A model generated the notes under the pieces. That model made no database searches. It was not told the DNA's origin and was given only the letters and a program-made list of their open reading frames with translations. Of a DNA stretch of 64,000 nt, positions 37,659-47,195 are shown in pieces. The stretch covers positions 101,726 through 165,725 of the forward strand of contig JAEZRQ010000005.1 of NCBI GenBank assembly GCA_023444045.1. Reading direction: 5' to 3'. Position 1 is the first letter of the stretch. The number at the start of each line of letters is the position of its first letter. The position numbers and the translations under genes were made by a program. This stretch comes from Candidatus Parcubacteria bacterium. Its GTDB lineage: Bacteria; Patescibacteriota; Patescibacteriia; Patescibacteriales; UBA12465.

Positions 37659-38690
37659 TTAATCTTGCCACTCTTTTAAGCCATACATTCCACGACCGGT
37701 CAGTACGTAGCGATTATCTAAAATTAACTCATTATGGACCGTAGCTGGATTAGCCTTTTTATTATCAAACTTTATTTCATTAATTCGGCTAGCAATCTCT
37801 GTAAAATGCATCGGTTTTTCCTCATTTTTTAAAACTAAATAAATCTTATCATTAATAGTCTTAGGTTTTATTTCGTGAGAATCAGCCTTCCCCCAATAAC
37901 CAAATTTATTGCGCTCAATATTTTTTACTGCCTGCATTAGAGAGTAAAGAATCTTATTTTGATTAATAATTTCTCCTTTATCCACAAAAGTTTTACTCTT
38001 AAAGACCCTGGTAATATCAGCACTACTGTTATTTATTTTATCTTGATACTTATTATAAGCATCTAAACTCTTAAGCATCTCTAAAAGCTCTTCGGTAGTT
38101 AGAGTCTTTTTAATATTATCAATCTTATTCATCAAATCATCCGCCAATTCCTCTAAATAATCAGTTTCTTGGCTTTTTAATTTATATGACGGGTTGAATT
38201 TATCAGAATTTTTAACCAATTCTAAATCGTCTTCTAGTAGTTTAGAAATTACAAAATCAAAGTGATTGCGGTAAAGATTTTTGGTTTCATCGTCCACTTC
38301 AGCCTCGTTATCACCGCCAATTTCTAAAGTATAAACAGTTAAAATATCTAAAAGATAGTCACGGCTAACTAAGCCACCATGTTCTTCCAGCAACTTAGCA
38401 ATGGTTATTTTAAGTAAGCCTAAATATGATTCTAAGGATTCTAGTTTCTTTATCTTACGAATACTAGCCGACTCTATTTGTCTAACCCTTTCTCTGGTCA
38501 GTTTATGCATCTGGCCAATTTTCTCTAAGGTTTCACTCTTACCGCCACTTAAACCAAAACGACGAGACAAAACATCACGTTCTCTTTCAAGTAACTCTGA
38601 AAACAAATTGTTGACAATATTGACGGCGTTAAGGTGAGCAATTTCTTCTTTCTTCTCCTCCTTGACCATCTGCTCTAAAATATTTTCCAT
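37659..38690 (-). CDS. sigma-70 region-4-like HTH fused to a C-terminal HARE-HTH-like (RNAP delta-like) domain
   Basis: ERERDVLSRRFGL...ETLEKIGQMHKLTRERVRQIESASIRKIKKL near the N-terminus; C-terminal PMHFTEIASRI...ATVHNELILDNRYVLTGRGMYGLKEW. I see no sigma region 2 motif. Confidence 0.6.
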   Translation of the reverse strand: MENILEQMVKEEKKEEIAHLNAVNIVNNLFSELLERERDVLSRRFGLSGGKSETLEKIGQMHKLTRERVRQIESASIRKIKKLESLESYLGLLKITIAKLLEEHGGLVSRDYLLDILTVYTLEIGGDNEAEVDDETKNLYRNHFDFVISKLLEDDLELVKNSDKFNPSYKLKSQETDYLEELADDLMNKIDNIKKTLTTEELLEMLKSLDAYNKYQDKINNSSADITRVFKSKTFVDKGEIINQNKILYSLMQAVKNIERNKFGYWGKADSHEIKPKTINDKIYLVLKNEEKPMHFTEIASRINEIKFDNKKANPATVHNELILDNRYVLTGRGMYGLKEWQD

Positions 38691-38796
38691 ACTATTTTAA
38701 AACATAGTTAAATTATGAGCTAATTTAAGTATATTTTAGACTTATGTATTACAATATGCCAAATTTATCATAATATTTTGTATTAGTCAATAGCTT

Positions 38797-39762
38797 TTAG
38801 CGGGGGCTATTTTTAAGCAACCTAAAAATACGACGGTAACCTTTTAACAAAAATTTTTCAAAAAATAAAGCATAAAAAAACATTAATATTACAGAAAAAA
38901 AGATTCTTACTTTGCTTTTCAACAATTCCTTCTTCCAAAATTTAAGATAGAGCAGATGCTGGTTAACAAAAGACCAGCTCCTAACTAACTTACTTTTTTT
39001 TGCTCTGTTCTTAAAAGTATTTAAAAAGCCTTGGCCGGAAATAGCTGCTGTTCGGTCATGATAAATTATTGCCTCAGGGACAAAAACAGATTTAAAGCCT
39101 TTTAAAAATAAACGATAGGCTAAATCACAATCCTCTTTATACATAAACATGCGACTATCCAGGAGTCCAAAATTATCCTTAACTTCTAGAAGAGTGCGAG
39201 TTTTATATAAAGCAGCGGCGCCAGAGGGGCCTAAGATTTCTGCCCCAATAAATTGGCCAGAATCCTCCTCTCCTTGCCCTAAATCAAAAAAACGCAACCC
39301 TGGCAAAACTCGTAAACCACAAGAATCAATCTTGGTAGTCAACTTCTTATTAACAAAATCCCAGCGTAATATTTTTGGACTAACCGAGGCAATCTTATCA
39401 TTAGAAAACAGAGCTTGGTTTAATTTGAAAAGAGAGCCTTCTTTTAAAACAGTGTCTGGATTAATCATTAAAAAAGAATCAGCCCCCCAAGAAATAGCCG
39501 CAGCAATCATTTCATTATAACTTCTTGAGAAACCAATATTCTCCCCCGACCACTTAAAATTAATAGTTATATCGGTTCTATCAGAGAATTTCTTAATATA
39601 ACTTTGATTTTCATTGTCAATGTTATCACTATTATCTCTAGCTAAAACTAAAATATCCTCTTTTTTAAAAACTGCTAAAGCTTTAAATAAGCTATCTAAA
39701 AAATAAGGTAAGTATTTGGCGGAGTCATTATTATAAGTAATAAATCCAACAGCTATTTTCAT
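38797..39762 (-). CDS. glycosyltransferase, GT2 family
   Basis: ITYNN N-terminus, DNSDN, and the FMYKEDCDLAYR (ED-type) motif typical of rhamnosyltransferase-like GT2 enzymes. Confidence 0.8.
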   Translation of the reverse strand: MKIAVGFITYNNDSAKYLPYFLDSLFKALAVFKKEDILVLARDNSDNIDNENQSYIKKFSDRTDITINFKWSGENIGFSRSYNEMIAAAISWGADSFLMINPDTVLKEGSLFKLNQALFSNDKIASVSPKILRWDFVNKKLTTKIDSCGLRVLPGLRFFDLGQGEEDSGQFIGAEILGPSGAAALYKTRTLLEVKDNFGLLDSRMFMYKEDCDLAYRLFLKGFKSVFVPEAIIYHDRTAAISGQGFLNTFKNRAKKSKLVRSWSFVNQHLLYLKFWKKELLKSKVRIFFSVILMFFYALFFEKFLLKGYRRIFRLLKNSPR

Positions 39763-39766
39763 AGAA

Positions 39767-40492
39767 TTAAATAATCATCTTATCAGCTAATTTTTCTTTA
39801 GCAATATTTTGTGCTTTTAAGAGGCTATCAAAAGTACCGGCGTCAAGCCATTCTCCTTGAACCATCGCTACCTCTAGTTCACCTTTTTCTAAATATTGAT
39901 TTAAAACATCCACTATTTCCAGTTCCCCGCGACTACTGGGCTTAACTGCCTTAGCAATTTCAACTACCCTGTGGTCGCAAATATAAAGACCAGTCATGGC
40001 ATAATCGCTTAAATACTCTTGTGGTTTTTCAATTATTTTTTGGGCATGATTATTTTCGTCAAACTTGACTACCCCAAAACGCTCTGGATCACTGACTTTT
40101 TTAGCAAATATTTTTGCTCCACTGGTAAAAGACTTAATATCTTCTGAAAAATCATCTTCAAAAATATTATCCCCTAAAATCAAAGTGACATTGTCGTCAT
40201 CAATAAACTTTTCTCCAATTAAAAAAGCTTGAGCTAAACCCTCTGGTTTATCCTGAATTTCATAGGTAAATTTAACGCCAAACTCTTTGCCGCTACCAAG
40301 CAAATTAAGATAATCACCGGCTCTTTCTGGGGAAACAATAATTAAAATTTCCTTAATACCCGCTTTAATTAAAGTGTTAAGAGGATAATAAATCATTGGC
40401 CGGTTATAAATTGGCAGTAATTGTTTGCTGGTAATTTTAGTAAGTGGTCTTAACCTAGTGCCACTGCCGCCGGAGAGGATAATGCCTTTCAT
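39767..40492 (-). CDS. rmlA: glucose-1-phosphate thymidylyltransferase, short form
   Basis: GIILSGGSGTRLRPLTKITSKQLLPIYNRPMIYYPL and GLAQAFLIGEKFI...LILGDNIF. Confidence 0.8.
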   Translation of the reverse strand: MKGIILSGGSGTRLRPLTKITSKQLLPIYNRPMIYYPLNTLIKAGIKEILIIVSPERAGDYLNLLGSGKEFGVKFTYEIQDKPEGLAQAFLIGEKFIDDDNVTLILGDNIFEDDFSEDIKSFTSGAKIFAKKVSDPERFGVVKFDENNHAQKIIEKPQEYLSDYAMTGLYICDHRVVEIAKAVKPSSRGELEIVDVLNQYLEKGELEVAMVQGEWLDAGTFDSLLKAQNIAKEKLADKMII

Positions 40493-40496
40493 ATTT

Positions 40497-41354
40497 TTAT
40501 TTATTTATTGATAAATACTCTTTTAAAGCTTCACGATAATGTCGCAAGGCCGGATATTTATTATTTTTTAAAACCGAAAACTCTGGACGACGAGCGGCTC
40601 TAGTTAAATCCGATCCAGAGATTGGCTTAACTGCAACTGATAAATTAGCTAATTCTTTCAAAATTAAAACACTGTCATACCAGGTACAAGAACCGGAATT
40701 AACTAAATGATAAATTCCCGGCTCATATTTGTCGCGTAATAAATTGTAAGTAGCCTGAGCTAAATCTGGCGAATAAGTAAAACAACTAAGTTCCTCATTG
40801 ACCACTTTAAGTTCGGGATTAGTTTTAGCCAGATTAAGCATAATGTCAAAAAAGGAGGCTTTAGTATAAGCACTATCACCCTTAGGGCCAAATAGTTTGG
40901 ATAATCTAATAATGTAATATTTAAGATTTTTACATTCTAAAATAGCCTTTTCGCCCATCGCCTTAGTTTCCCCATATTTACTAATTGGATTTACCGCATC
41001 AGATTCATCAAATTCTTGTTTCTCTTGATGGCCGCTAAAAACATAATCTGTAGAATAGTGAACTAAAATAGCGGAATTAGTCTCACACCACTGAGCTAAA
41101 GCTCGTGGCAAATCAAGGTTTAGTTTGAAAGCAATATCTAATTCCTCATCGTCAGTCTCGCATTTATCAACTGCATTATAAGCGACGGCATTAATTATTA
41201 ACTCCGGTTTAGCAATATCTAATTTAACCAGTAAATCAGGTAAGTTTAAAAAATCAGCTTCTGTTTTATCCCAAGCAAGTAAATTAGGTGAAGTAAAAAC
41301 TTTAGTTAGTTGTGTGCCAAGCCCACCTTGTGAGCCTAAAATAAGCGTTTTCAT
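40497..41354 (-). CDS. rmlD: dTDP-4-dehydrorhamnose reductase
   Basis: ILGSQGGLG Rossmann motif, NAVAYNAVDKCE, STDYVF, YGETK. Confidence 0.85.
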   Translation of the reverse strand: MKTLILGSQGGLGTQLTKVFTSPNLLAWDKTEADFLNLPDLLVKLDIAKPELIINAVAYNAVDKCETDDEELDIAFKLNLDLPRALAQWCETNSAILVHYSTDYVFSGHQEKQEFDESDAVNPISKYGETKAMGEKAILECKNLKYYIIRLSKLFGPKGDSAYTKASFFDIMLNLAKTNPELKVVNEELSCFTYSPDLAQATYNLLRDKYEPGIYHLVNSGSCTWYDSVLILKELANLSVAVKPISGSDLTRAARRPEFSVLKNNKYPALRHYREALKEYLSINK

Positions 41355-41392
41355 ATCATTTCCAGTATAGGCTAGATAATTCTAAGAATCAA

Positions 41393-41429
41393 GAATAAAA
41401 AAACTCTACCAGTTAAGTGATAGAGTTTT
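41393..41429 (-). terminator. intrinsic terminator after murF
   Basis: AACTCTA / TAGAGTT stem with flanking A and T runs. Confidence 0.55.
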
Positions 41430-41447
41430 AAGATTTTACAAAATAAA

Positions 41448-42731
41448 CTATTCTTCCCAGTTAGATCCTTGTCTGACTAATAATTCCTTAGCTCTTTCCG
41501 GCTCAGCCATTAATTCCTTAACGATTCTTTCCATCCTTATTGCTTGAGACCCTTTAACTAAAATAATATCACCAAGATTTATTTTGCTAACTAAGAACTC
41601 ACTGGCCTCCTTAGTGTTGTCAAAATAAAAAGTTTTTATTTTGTTACTGGTTGACTCCGCCCCTTTAATCATAAACTTGGCTCTATCGCCAACTGCGACT
41701 AAATAATCAATTTCTAATTCAGCGGCCTTTTCGCCGACTAAAAAATGCCCATCCTCGGTGTAGTCACCTATTTCCATCATATCTCCTAAAACAGCATATT
41801 TTTTCCCTTCCTCAGATATCCTAACTTTCCCCAAAACGTTTAGAGCTGCAATAGCCGCATCAGGAGAAGAGTTATAGGTGTCGTCAATAATAAAAGTATG
41901 ATTCATCCCCGCCAAGAGATTCATTCTACCAACTGGAAGATTAAAATCATTTAGAGATTTAGCAATCTCTACTAAGTTCAGACCAAAATGGAGACCAGTA
42001 GCTGCTCCGCTTAAAGCGGCGTAAATAGCTGGCTCTGATAAAACATTCTTCATAAACACCGGAACAATTGAACCATCATAACTCATTTTAAAATGTAGTC
42101 CTGCTAAATCATAGTCCCCCTTGGAAAAATTGTAAGAAACATCTTGAGCCTGTAAATCCGCCCCTAATTGCAAACCATAAGTAATCACTTTGGCGCGGCT
42201 GACTTCATGCATTTCCCTGGTAAGCTCATTATCATAATTTAAAACAGACACCCCTTTATTATCAACATTCTCAATCAGTACCTGCTTTTCTTTTTTTATA
42301 TTATTAATGTTACCGAAGTATTCTAAGTGGGCATAAGAAACAGCAGTTTCAATACCAACCTCGGGAGTAACAATAGAGCAAAGGTATGTCATGTCTCCAG
42401 GACGATCAATTCCCATCTCTAAAACTAATACTTCTGGATAATTAGCATCTTTTATCAAAAATAATCTCAGCGCCTTTAAAAAAATTTTAATCCAACCTAA
42501 AAGACATTTACCAGCAGATTCTTCTCCAATAATAGTTAGTGGCAAACCAAGCTCATTATTATAATTTTTAAAACTACTTCTAACCTTAAAATGAGCACCT
42601 AAAACCTGGCAAACCGCTTCTTTAGCGCTAGTTTTACCAATACTACCGGTAACCCCCACCACTCTTGGTTTATACCTAAACAGTATTAGTTTCGCTAAAA
42701 TCTTTAATTTAAATTGTAGAATTTTTCTCAT
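41448..42731 (-). CDS. murF: UDP-N-acetylmuramoyl-tripeptide--D-alanyl-D-alanine ligase
   Basis: GVTGSIGKTS P-loop, Mur-ligase middle domain, DDTYNSSP. Confidence 0.85.
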   Translation of the reverse strand: MRKILQFKLKILAKLILFRYKPRVVGVTGSIGKTSAKEAVCQVLGAHFKVRSSFKNYNNELGLPLTIIGEESAGKCLLGWIKIFLKALRLFLIKDANYPEVLVLEMGIDRPGDMTYLCSIVTPEVGIETAVSYAHLEYFGNINNIKKEKQVLIENVDNKGVSVLNYDNELTREMHEVSRAKVITYGLQLGADLQAQDVSYNFSKGDYDLAGLHFKMSYDGSIVPVFMKNVLSEPAIYAALSGAATGLHFGLNLVEIAKSLNDFNLPVGRMNLLAGMNHTFIIDDTYNSSPDAAIAALNVLGKVRISEEGKKYAVLGDMMEIGDYTEDGHFLVGEKAAELEIDYLVAVGDRAKFMIKGAESTSNKIKTFYFDNTKEASEFLVSKINLGDIILVKGSQAIRMERIVKELMAEPERAKELLVRQGSNWEE

Positions 42732-42736
42732 ATATT

Positions 42737-44815
42737 TTACCTAGTTTTCGGGACTTGATAATACTGCAAAATAAAACTAGCAACATCTCGCCACAAAGGC
42801 AAGGCTGAACCTTCGGCATATTGAACCCCTTCTGGGCTATCAATATGACTAAAAATAACAAAGCGGGGGTTATCAATTGGAGCGATACCGATGAAAGTAT
42901 GGTTATAATGATCTTTAGAGTAAGAGCCGCCAACAGCAATCTGCGCGGTACCAGTTTTGCCGCCAACATAATATCCAGAAATGGCCGCTTTTTTAGAATG
43001 ACCATTTTCAACTACGTTAGCAAGCATTCCTAAAATAGTGGTCGCTGTTTTTTCACTGACCACCTGCCTCTCGGTGACAGGAGAAATATAATCCACCTTA
43101 CCGCTGGAATGTCTAATCTCTTTAATGATATAAGGCTTCATTTGCAGACCTTTATTAGCGAATACTTGATAAGCAGAAACCATCTGCAAAGGGGTTACAG
43201 AGATTCCTTGCCCAAACGAAGCAGTGGCTGCATCAATGTCTCTTATCTTATTTCTCAATAAATTATTAATATTACCGGTGGCTTCCGATCCTAACTCTAC
43301 CCCAGTTCTCTCTCCAAAACCAAAATTTTTAACATACTCCGCAAAAGTTTTTGCGCCTACTTGTCTCATCACAAAGATAGACCCAGTATTTAAAGAGTTT
43401 TCTAGAACATAATTCATATCAACTAAACCATGAGCACCCTTAGTGGAAAAATCGGAATTTCTAATTGGCTTTGACCAACCATCAATATAAATTTCCCCAC
43501 TGTCTTTATAGGTGGTGCTAGGGGTAACCTTTCCTTGATCCAAAGCAATTGCCATGGTAATTGTCTTAAAAACTGAACCTGGTTCATACTGGTCAAAGAT
43601 GGCGGGATTCTTAAAATAAGCAATATCTGAAACATTCTTATAATCATTAGGATTAAAATCGGGTACTGAGCACATCGCAACGATGGCTCCAGTTTTTGAT
43701 TCCATCACAATCACTGAACCGCCCTTAGCTTTTAACCGATCAACTGTTTTTTTAAGTTGATCGCAGGCATAAAATTCCACACTACGGTCAATAGTTAACA
43801 CTAAATCACTGCCATTTGTTGGTTTAGTATACTCACGATCATTAACAATCACCGCATTATTTACCCCTTTTTCGCCTTTCAAATAACCAAATTCACCAAA
43901 GAGTTCTTCGTCAAAAAATTCCTCAAGGCCATACTTGCCTTTACCAACCTCTTCAGCATAACTAACAAAGCCTAAAATATGAGAAGCAATATTATTTTCT
44001 GGGTAGTATCTAAATTTTTTAATTTCAAAATTAAAGCCCGGTAATTTTAATTCTTCCCCAGTTTTTTTATTAATTACTTTATTTAAAGAGACAGCAAGAT
44101 CATTAACCTCCACTGTTGAGCTAGATATCTTATTATTCATAAAAGCATAAAATTCCAATAATTTAGAATCATCGACTTTATTACGAATAATAGTGTACAT
44201 CCCCCCTGGGCGACTTAATTTATTAATATAATTATCAATAATAGAGTTTTTCTTTTCCTCTATTGCCTCCTTTTTCCTTATCTCCTCCTGCTCTTTCAAA
44301 GTAGCTGAATTTTTTAAATCAGCCTGCCTTTTAAGTTCTTCTGCGATTTTAGTTTGTTTCTCCTCTGGACTATAAGACTCATTGTTATTAATTGCTGCTA
44401 TTTTTGATTCAAAATCATCTTGAGTTACTTTAACTACAGTATCTGAGACCTCTTTAGTGGATTCAGCGGCATCAAAAAATTCATAAAGTTGTGCGGCCGT
44501 TTCCTGAGGATTAACAATATCTTTAGGAATACCATAAATTAAAAAGAAATCTTTGTTAGTGGCCAGAGTATACTGTTTCTTTTCACCGGCAATAGTGTCA
44601 TTAATGATAATTTTTCCTCTATCAGGAATAAGCTGACTAGAAATTTCGTGCTGATTAGCCGCCAGTGCCGTATATATATCATTTTGATAAACCTGTAAAT
44701 AAAAAAGTCGGTAGATTAAAGAACCGGATAATAAAAAAATAATCGCTACGACCAAACGAAGACGATTATTATCTCTTTGGCGATTATTGTTAGGTTTTTT
44801 ATTATCTCGCCACAT
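42737..44815 (-). CDS. ftsI: class B penicillin-binding protein (FtsI/PBP2-type transpeptidase)
   Basis: SVFK (SxxK), SLN (SxN) and KTGTA motifs; N-terminal TM; charged insertion in the pedestal region. Confidence 0.88.
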   Translation of the reverse strand: MWRDNKKPNNNRQRDNNRLRLVVAIIFLLSGSLIYRLFYLQVYQNDIYTALAANQHEISSQLIPDRGKIIINDTIAGEKKQYTLATNKDFFLIYGIPKDIVNPQETAAQLYEFFDAAESTKEVSDTVVKVTQDDFESKIAAINNNESYSPEEKQTKIAEELKRQADLKNSATLKEQEEIRKKEAIEEKKNSIIDNYINKLSRPGGMYTIIRNKVDDSKLLEFYAFMNNKISSSTVEVNDLAVSLNKVINKKTGEELKLPGFNFEIKKFRYYPENNIASHILGFVSYAEEVGKGKYGLEEFFDEELFGEFGYLKGEKGVNNAVIVNDREYTKPTNGSDLVLTIDRSVEFYACDQLKKTVDRLKAKGGSVIVMESKTGAIVAMCSVPDFNPNDYKNVSDIAYFKNPAIFDQYEPGSVFKTITMAIALDQGKVTPSTTYKDSGEIYIDGWSKPIRNSDFSTKGAHGLVDMNYVLENSLNTGSIFVMRQVGAKTFAEYVKNFGFGERTGVELGSEATGNINNLLRNKIRDIDAATASFGQGISVTPLQMVSAYQVFANKGLQMKPYIIKEIRHSSGKVDYISPVTERQVVSEKTATTILGMLANVVENGHSKKAAISGYYVGGKTGTAQIAVGGSYSKDHYNHTFIGIAPIDNPRFVIFSHIDSPEGVQYAEGSALPLWRDVASFILQYYQVPKTR

Positions 44816-44819
44816 CCTT

Positions 44820-45167
44820 TTATTTTCTGGCCAAAACAGATTGATTAACAGTTAAATATTCAACCTCATCAACTGCGACCATATTTAATTTTTTTACTTT
44901 CTCACTAAGATTGCCATAAGATTGAAAATTCATTACCTTTGCCTCATAGTCTGAGTTTTCGCTGGCCAATAAAGTAGCTTCCGACTTAAGTTCGCGTAAC
45001 GCAAAACCTTTAACGGTTAGATCATTAATATTTATTAAATAATACCCGCCGAGCAGCACAATAGTAATCCCTAAGAATAAATTAACAAATCTTAGATTTA
45101 TTCTACGAGAAATCTCGGTGCGTCCAGTTAGATAATTAGGACGTTTAGTGGTTATAACAGGGGTCAT
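44820..45167 (-). CDS. FtsL-like cell-division protein
   Basis: 115 aa with a single TM followed by a coiled-coil region; sits between rsmH and ftsI. Confidence 0.5.
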   Translation of the reverse strand: MTPVITTKRPNYLTGRTEISRRINLRFVNLFLGITIVLLGGYYLININDLTVKGFALRELKSEATLLASENSDYEAKVMNFQSYGNLSEKVKKLNMVAVDEVEYLTVNQSVLARK

Positions 45168-45193
45168 AACTTTTTATATTAATTTAAAAATTA

Positions 45194-46141
45194 TCAAATT
45201 TTTTGGGCCACTCTCATTTTGGCGCTGCGCGATCTGGGATTCTGACTAATTTCTAATTCACTAGCTGATACTGGTTTCTTAGTTAAGATTTTCAGACTAG
45301 CTTGATGCTGACAAACACACACCGGAACACTAGCAGGACAGAGACAATCAAGACTTTCATTTCTAAAAAAATTTTTTACAATCTTATCTTCACCGCTATG
45401 AAAGGAGACAACTACTATTTTTCCACCACTCTTTAATAAACTAAGTGCTTGGGGTAAAACTTCTTTCAAGGCTTCTAACTCCTGATTGGTTTCCATTCGC
45501 AGTGCCTGAAAAATTCTGGTCAGGGGATTTATTTTTATCCTGGGATTAGGTTTAATCACTTCTGATAAAACTTCTTGCAACTCGGCGGTGGTCCTAATCC
45601 AATTCTTCTTCCTTTTTTCAACAATCTTCTTGGCAGCCAGATAAGCTTTTGGCTCTTCCCCGTATTCTCTAAAAATATAAGTCAAACGATCAAGTGGATA
45701 ACGGTTAATGATTGTGGTGGTAGCAATAGCTGTGTGGCCTGACTGACTAAAAGCCATATCCAGTGGCCTATCACCCATAAAAGAAAACCCGCGACTAACA
45801 TCATCTAATTGAGCTGAGGAGAGACCTAAATCCATTACAATGCCATCAAAGAGAAAGTTATCACCAAATTTTTCAACTACTGCTTGTTTTAAATTACGAA
45901 AATTTTCTTGAACTAAAACTATATTTGATAACCCACTAGACTTAATTTGTTCCTCCGCATTCTTGATGGCTAAATCATCCAAATCAAAGGCAATTACTTT
46001 TCCACTAGGAGCGACTTCTTTTGCTAAGGCTAAGGTATAACCGGCGCCACCTAAAGTACAATCAATAAAGTTCTGTCCTGATTGGGGCTGTAATTCTTCA
46101 ATAACCTTACCAAGCATAACTGAAACGTGTTGATACTTCAT
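45194..46141 (-). CDS. rsmH: 16S rRNA (cytosine1402-N4)-methyltransferase
   Basis: HVSVML, DCTLGGAGY, DLGLSSAQLD, SFHSGEDKIVK. Confidence 0.93.
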   Translation of the reverse strand: MKYQHVSVMLGKVIEELQPQSGQNFIDCTLGGAGYTLALAKEVAPSGKVIAFDLDDLAIKNAEEQIKSSGLSNIVLVQENFRNLKQAVVEKFGDNFLFDGIVMDLGLSSAQLDDVSRGFSFMGDRPLDMAFSQSGHTAIATTTIINRYPLDRLTYIFREYGEEPKAYLAAKKIVEKRKKNWIRTTAELQEVLSEVIKPNPRIKINPLTRIFQALRMETNQELEALKEVLPQALSLLKSGGKIVVVSFHSGEDKIVKNFFRNESLDCLCPASVPVCVCQHQASLKILTKKPVSASELEISQNPRSRSAKMRVAQKI

Positions 46142-46146
46142 TTTTT

Positions 46147-46578
46147 TTAAATACCTAAATCACCTAACTCTTCAGCAATCGCATTACTATTCTTTTCAGA
46201 TTCTTGTTTATATTTATTCCAAGCACCCTCATCCCAAATTTCTAAATGATTATACAGACCAGCCACTATTATATTCTTTTTTAAACTAGAAAAATTTCTC
46301 AGGTATTCTGGTAAAGTAATTCTTCCTTGGGAATCAAAATCAACATCCATTGCTCCCGCTAACATATGGCGGCTAAAAGCACGGGCACGTGATTGACTAA
46401 TCGGCAGACTGGCAAATTTTTTAGCGATAATTGCAAACTGTTCTTTGGAATACAAAAACAAACAGTTATCTAATCCTTTAGTAACAACCGCTCCTTTTTT
46501 AAGCGCAATTCTAAACTTAGCTGGAATTGCCAAGCGCCCTTTATCATCTAAGTTGTGACGGTATTCGCCGATGAACAT
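46147..46578 (-). CDS. mraZ: transcriptional regulator MraZ
   Basis: Two DxxxR SpoVT/AbrB repeats (LDDKGRLAIP and FDSQGRITLP). Start moved to ATG at 46578 (MFIGEYRHNLDDKGR). Confidence 0.9.
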   Translation of the reverse strand: MFIGEYRHNLDDKGRLAIPAKFRIALKKGAVVTKGLDNCLFLYSKEQFAIIAKKFASLPISQSRARAFSRHMLAGAMDVDFDSQGRITLPEYLRNFSSLKKNIIVAGLYNHLEIWDEGAWNKYKQESEKNSNAIAEELGDLGI

Positions 46579-46601
46579 AAAAATTATCAAACTAGTTAAT
46601 T

Positions 46602-46636
46602 CACCACTCTTCCCCACAATCTGCCTCAATACCCCA
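46602..46636 (-). promoter_or_regulatory. candidate MraZ operator: TGGGG/TGGTG boxes in 10-nt register
   Basis: Minus-strand boxes TGGGG (46636-46632), TGGGG (46616-46612) and TGGTG (46606-46602), between the -10 element and the mraZ ATG. Confidence 0.4.
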
Positions 46637-46665
46637 ATTATACACCACCACCAACCTCCGGTCAA
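46637..46665 (-). promoter_or_regulatory. sigma70-like promoter for the mraZ/dcw operon
   Basis: Minus strand TTGACC (46665-46660), 17-nt G-rich spacer GGAGGTTGGTGGTGGTG, TATAAT (46642-46637). Confidence 0.6.
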
Positions 46666-46712
46666 CACAAAAAAGATTTTAGCTTTATTGTGATTTTTTA
46701 CCTAATTTTAGA

Positions 46713-46745
46713 ATAAAAAAAATCACCTGTGCATAAGTGATTTTT
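46713..46745 (-). terminator. intrinsic terminator after tsaB-like gene
   Basis: Minus-strand ATCAC / GTGAT stem with a 10-nt loop, then U8. Confidence 0.5.
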
Positions 46746-46793
46746 ATTTTTTTGCCTAGTATTATTAATTTTTACACAGGTTTTACACTTTTT

Positions 46794-47195
46794 TTAACTA
46801 ATATTTTTCTTAGAAATACCGATATTTGGCTCGCGGTCATACTGGGGGCTGACAATTTTATATGTCGCAAATTTTTTTAATTTTTGTTCTGGTAAAATAT
46901 TACCATCATTATCTACTGCTTCAATAGAAATATTTAAAGCATAAGCTAAAGCATTGGCTGTGATAACTCCAATTCTCAAACTAGTAAAAGAGCCGCCCGA
47001 AGACACTACTTGAATTTTTTTAATTTGTTTGAAAGCAATATTTTTCTGTTCTAATAAACTAGCAATTCCGGGCAATAGCTTTTCTGCTTGCTGACGAGGG
47101 GCTTTTATTTTTTTAATTTTAACTTGATGATTGTTGTCATCTAGTAAGGTAATAATTATTTCATCAAGAGCGGCGGTATTAATTCCTAAAATCAT
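46794..47195 (-). CDS. tsaB: TsaB-like protein, N-terminal domain only (133 aa)
   Basis: ILGINTA start and SSGGSFTSLRIGVITANALAYAL (compare GPGSFTGLRIG). About 100 aa shorter than the usual TsaB. Confidence 0.6.
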   Translation of the reverse strand: MILGINTAALDEIIITLLDDNNHQVKIKKIKAPRQQAEKLLPGIASLLEQKNIAFKQIKKIQVVSSGGSFTSLRIGVITANALAYALNISIEAVDNDGNILPEQKLKKFATYKIVSPQYDREPNIGISKKNIS

